A DNA stretch of 64,000 nt from Felis catus. Lineage: Eukaryota. Below, piece after piece: positions 59,809 through 64,000 of the stretch; position 1 is the first letter of the stretch; each line of letters starts with the position of its first letter. A program made the position numbers and the translations under genes. The notes under the pieces are model-generated. The model did no database searches. It had not been told where the DNA came from and saw only the letters and a list, made by a program, of their open reading frames with translations. Location: contig NC_058368.1 of the NCBI RefSeq assembly GCF_018350175.1, forward strand, positions 171,742,001 to 171,806,000, written 5' to 3'.

Positions 59809-61779
59809 AAAGAGGGAAGTGATTTACCTGAAGTTACACACGTAGTTAAAGCTAGAAGTGAGACTAGTAATAACTTTCCTGACTGTGACTATTCAGAGGC
59901 TCAGAATCACTGAAACTGTATTTATAAATACTCTTAAGGCACTTTCATGGCTTCTAATGCAACGTAATTTTTTATAGTGAATAATCTGGAGAAGATGAAC
60001 TTTAAAAACTCATTTTCATTTTGCTATTTTTCCCTTTCAAGACCTCCTGTGTGCTGACCCTCAGCTTTTCTTCCCTAGGTATTCATAGTAAATTTTGTGT
60101 GGATCTCTGCTTCATTAGCCTTATCCTGACAACTCTTCCATTCAAATAAAAACAATGTTTGAGGGCTCCAGGTGGGGCCTGGAGCTCTACCCTCACTGGG
60201 TCTTACTGCACCGTTGAGCCCATCATGCCCAGGCCTAACTCCAAGTCTTCTCTGCCTTAGCCACTATAAAATAGTTTCATACAATTTACTCGAATGAAGG
60301 TCTTTGCACAGTTGTTAGGGCGGGAAACTCAACACCCCAGAATAGTGACAACAGAGGTGGTGGTGTAACAGCTGGGGTAATTGCGCTGCTAGCCACAAGC
60401 TGGTCAGGGTTCAGCTCTCGAATTACCAGTGCTCTGATTTGGATCCAGGGGCAAAAGCCTAGAATAGCGAACGCCTGGATTCAGCATGAAACTCGGAGAT
60501 ACCCATCCCCCCAGTCTAATTAGTATAACCAAATGACCCCTGAAGTCTTCCTATTTGCTACATTCTTCTGCCTGAATGTCTTTCCCCTACCAGTGGAAAA
60601 CCCAGGGGAGAGCTCTAACAAACGGGGGGCATTGGATTCTAACACAGCACCTCGGTTTTGAAAGGGTGAGGGGAGATGGTAGAGAAAGGAGAAGGGGTGT
60701 GTAGAGGGGCACAGTGCACAGCATGGCTAATCTGGAGTCACCTGTACCTCTGTCCTGATGAAGTCGTGTTTCTAACACAGCCACGCAGGACTTCTGGTGT
60801 CAGCTCCCACAGGTAAAATGGCTATACTCGGAGACTATGCTGAGGCAGAGGCAGGAAAGTGAAGTGAGGGAGGGGGTTCTCACTGTGTTTCTTGGCAGCT
60901 GGGCTAACAACAGCAGAGGTGGAGGTAGTAATTTTGCAAGAGAGGCTTAAGAGGAGTGTTGTGTGTTTTCACATGTCTTACAGATTTTCAGTTCAGGCAT
61001 GTGAAAAATTGGGTTGGCCCTTACGTTTATTGTTGCCTTGAATTCCAGCCCATCTGGGACAAAGTAGTTTTGTTTGGTTACATCCCACTGGAAAATTAGT
61101 TCAATGTCTTTTTCTTCCTCCAGAACACAGCTTTTCTTTGTAACCATTCATTCACTTATTTATTCTCTCAACAAATAATTATTTTTATATACTGACACTT
61201 GCTTGGTGCTTGGGACATGGTGGTGATAATAGACGCCTTCATAAAGCTTAACGTCTTCTGACATCAAATAAGTCATGACAATAGGGTGGATTAGTGTTAT
61301 GATAAGGAAGATAAAGGGATGAATAGCTGAAACATCAACCTGTCTATTTCCCCACCTATAAAAATGGGGATGATAAAAAGAATGTCTATCTCCAAGGCTG
61401 GCATGAGGACCAGATGAGATGATGTGGTTAAAATGCTTTGTTAAATCTACTATCTCTTGGATAGTAGACTATCCTATTCAAATCCCTTACTGAAATAATT
61501 TAAATGCTGCAGAGAAAGATCTGTAAGAATATCCCTCTTATTTTGAGAGCCCAGGCTTTGGTTCCAGAAGATACAAGAGTGGACCACATACCATCTGCCA
61601 AATGCTGAACAAAGACTCTGTTCTGGTCACCATGAATTAGTTACTTCCCATGAAGGCCCCACCCAGTAGGTGTCCATGTTCCAGAGCGGACTGCATGGAC
61701 ACCAGCAGGAGCCAGCCAAATGCAAAGCATAAGGAGGGTGATGTCCTTCATGTCTCAGTTCATCAAGAACCCACCTGAC

Positions 61780-61990
61780 CCACTTTTACTTTCCTGGCTT
61801 CCTACCTTTTCACTCAGCACATCTCACAGCTGTAATCTGTGAAATTATTTTGAGCAATCTCTCTCTCTTCCCTGGTAGGTAGTGTGCTCTACCAGGACAG
61901 GGCCCAGGGCTATCTGCTCACCACCCTATGCCCAGGCCAGGACTGCGAATGGTGCTGCTCAGTTGATATTGCCTGAATGAATGACAGAAT
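61780..61990 (+). mobile_element. L2 3' end
   Basis: CAGGACAGGGCCCAGGGCTATCTGCTCACC..TGCTCAGTTGATATTGCCTGAATGAATGA; further L2/MIR remnants at ~61145-61450 and ~63790-63945. Confidence 0.6.
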
Positions 61991-63314
61991 ATGTGTTACT
62001 TACTTTGACTTACAACCTTTGGAAAGTATCATTTTCTAGCTAAACAGTAGTTTCCACTTGACACTTTTGATAGTGAACTTCCTACAAGACTATCCTGGGA
62101 GATAGTACCAGCGGGCTGGGCAATTAGAGGAAGGGAAAGCTCAGTTTAAAGGGGTCAGGACAGTCAGCCAAGATCCCTTTCAAGTGCCTAGAACAGGAAA
62201 TTCTCGAAAGAGTCTCACAGCCCACCTCCAACTAGGAAACATTTTCAGAATGAGAAAGACACATCCCTTCAAAAACTAGGCATTTGATGCCCTGTAGTGT
62301 CTTGGAGAGGAAGCTGGGTTCTGCACCCTTAGTTGAAAGGGTCTTGCCAGCATTTCCAGTGTGTCTGAAAGGAAATAGGAAATACTGACCCTCAGCTTCT
62401 CCTGTCTATTTTTATACCCTGGTTGTGTATTGTAGTTTTAATAAGAAGGTGGGAAATGAGAATATGTTTTGAGTATATGTGTTTTTTTCCTGGTACCTGC
62501 TCATGCCTATGGAGGTTGTAAATTCCAAAATTCTAACACAAGAAGCCCCTGTCGGGTGGCAATGACCCTCCATGTTAGACTCAATGTCCACATGAAAAAT
62601 ATTCTTGGCAAAGAGCACTTACAGCATAGCAGTAAAAATAATGATCCTTCTCACAATTCTCAAATAAATATAACTCCTAATGGCTAAAGCACTATGAGCT
62701 AATCAGATTTTTTTGGACATGCAAAAAATTTTTGAAAATCAATATTGCATTTGATAAATAAAATCCATATTACCTAGGACATAAGTTATTCTGGACTGGT
62801 ATACAATTAGTTGTTTTTCATCATTGTCTTATTATTTTGAGTGTTCTAACTTTTGCTGTTATGGAGTGAAGGGAGAATAGAAGAAACAGGATTTACTGTG
62901 TACTTTTCTCTTGGTAAGAAACTATACATTCTGTATATGGTAAAAGATAATGCCAAAGAGAAAGTGAGTCTAATAAACAATGAAGATTATTACAGCATTT
63001 TGGTTAAGGTAAACCATCTAGGAATAAACAGGAATAAACATTGAAGGGAAATTGAAGTCAGCCAATTGGCTCCCAGATGTTTTTGCCAAAACGAGGGTGT
63101 TACAGCAGAATCACAGACGAATGAGTCTTTCAGTGGACAACTGCCCAATGAGAAACTAATACAGAAGAAGAATTGATAGTGATTTAGAGGCACAGGGATT
63201 TAGGGAAAGGAATACAGAACCAGGAGAAATAAAGTTAAGATTACAACAGGTCATGGGTAGTTTACAGGCAAAAATCACACCCATTACATTTCCTTTTCAA
63301 ACCTTCTTTAATGA

Positions 63315-63538
63315 GGGGTGCCTAGGTTAATTGGTTAAACGTCTGACTTCAGCTCAGGTCATAATCTCACAAGCCAGTCTGAGTTCAAGCCCAGCATTGG
63401 GCTCTGTGTTGACAGCTCAGAGCCTAGAGCTGCTTCGGATTCTGTGTTTTCCTCTGTCTCTGCCCTTCCCCATTCACACTGTGTGTGTGTGTGTGTATGT
63501 GTGTGTCAAAAATAAATAAATATTTAAAAAATTTTTAA
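63315..63538 (+). mobile_element. CanSINE with (GT)n in place of (CT)n
   Basis: GGGGTGCCTAGG head, A tail; degenerate TSD AAACC..CT.T.ATGA. Confidence 0.92.
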
Positions 63539-64000
63539 AAACCCTCCTCTGATGAAAAACTAAGATGATCATTATGTTTGCAAGATCCATTTAGTCAAGG
63601 ATACCAGAATCAATATGCCTTTTCCCTGAGAGAGGTAATGTGTTAAACCTCTGCCCTCCACATTTTAACCAGGAGGTAAACTAGGCAAAGTCTCTCCTCT
63701 TATGTGATTTTAAGCCCCATGATGTCTTCCTGCACAGCACTGAGTAAGAGTTAGCATTTGAAATTTACATACATGGTTTATCTGATGAAGGTCACTCTCC
63801 CCCACTGAACTACAAGTTCCCCAATGGCAAAGATTTTGTCTTTTTTTTTTTTTTTTTGGCTAGCTATTGGTTTCTAATGTCTAGCACATAGCCTGATGCA
63901 TAGGAGACACTCATTTATTACCTACATAAATAAATGAATGTAGTTAATTATCCTTCTCCTGTTTTCTCTCTTGTCATCTTCCTTCCCTACTCATTGTTTC

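Noticed and set aside
1..64000. Naming the locus or exact species
   Set aside because: No coding exon was recognised; the SINE and L1 types support Felidae only

Overview
Mammalian (cat-family, Felidae) genomic DNA, not microbial. No protein-coding gene, RNA gene, CpG island or CRISPR array can be supported. The window is intergenic or deep-intronic. It holds about 37 tRNA-derived carnivore SINEs (CanSINE/SINEC, five of a young felid subfamily), several L1 fragments (three with ORF2 remnants), and old eutherian repeats (MIR, L2, MaLR/ERVL/ERV1 solo LTRs, hAT DNA transposons). It also has microsatellites and unique stretches with enhancer-like motifs. Most ORFs in the track are repeat-derived or chance. 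I found no evidence of a new multi-gene system. The most interesting signals are retrotransposition records: an L1 with an apparent ~90-bp 3' transduction, repeated insertions into single nick sites, an L1 and a SINE entering one site on opposite strands, and a TSD-less SINE/L1 junction. There is also a SINE-poor 26-kb zone with candidate regulatory elements, and two candidate non-coding exons. Repeat family names are recalled from consensus sequences and need RepeatMasker/Dfam confirmation; boundaries of old repeats are approximate.
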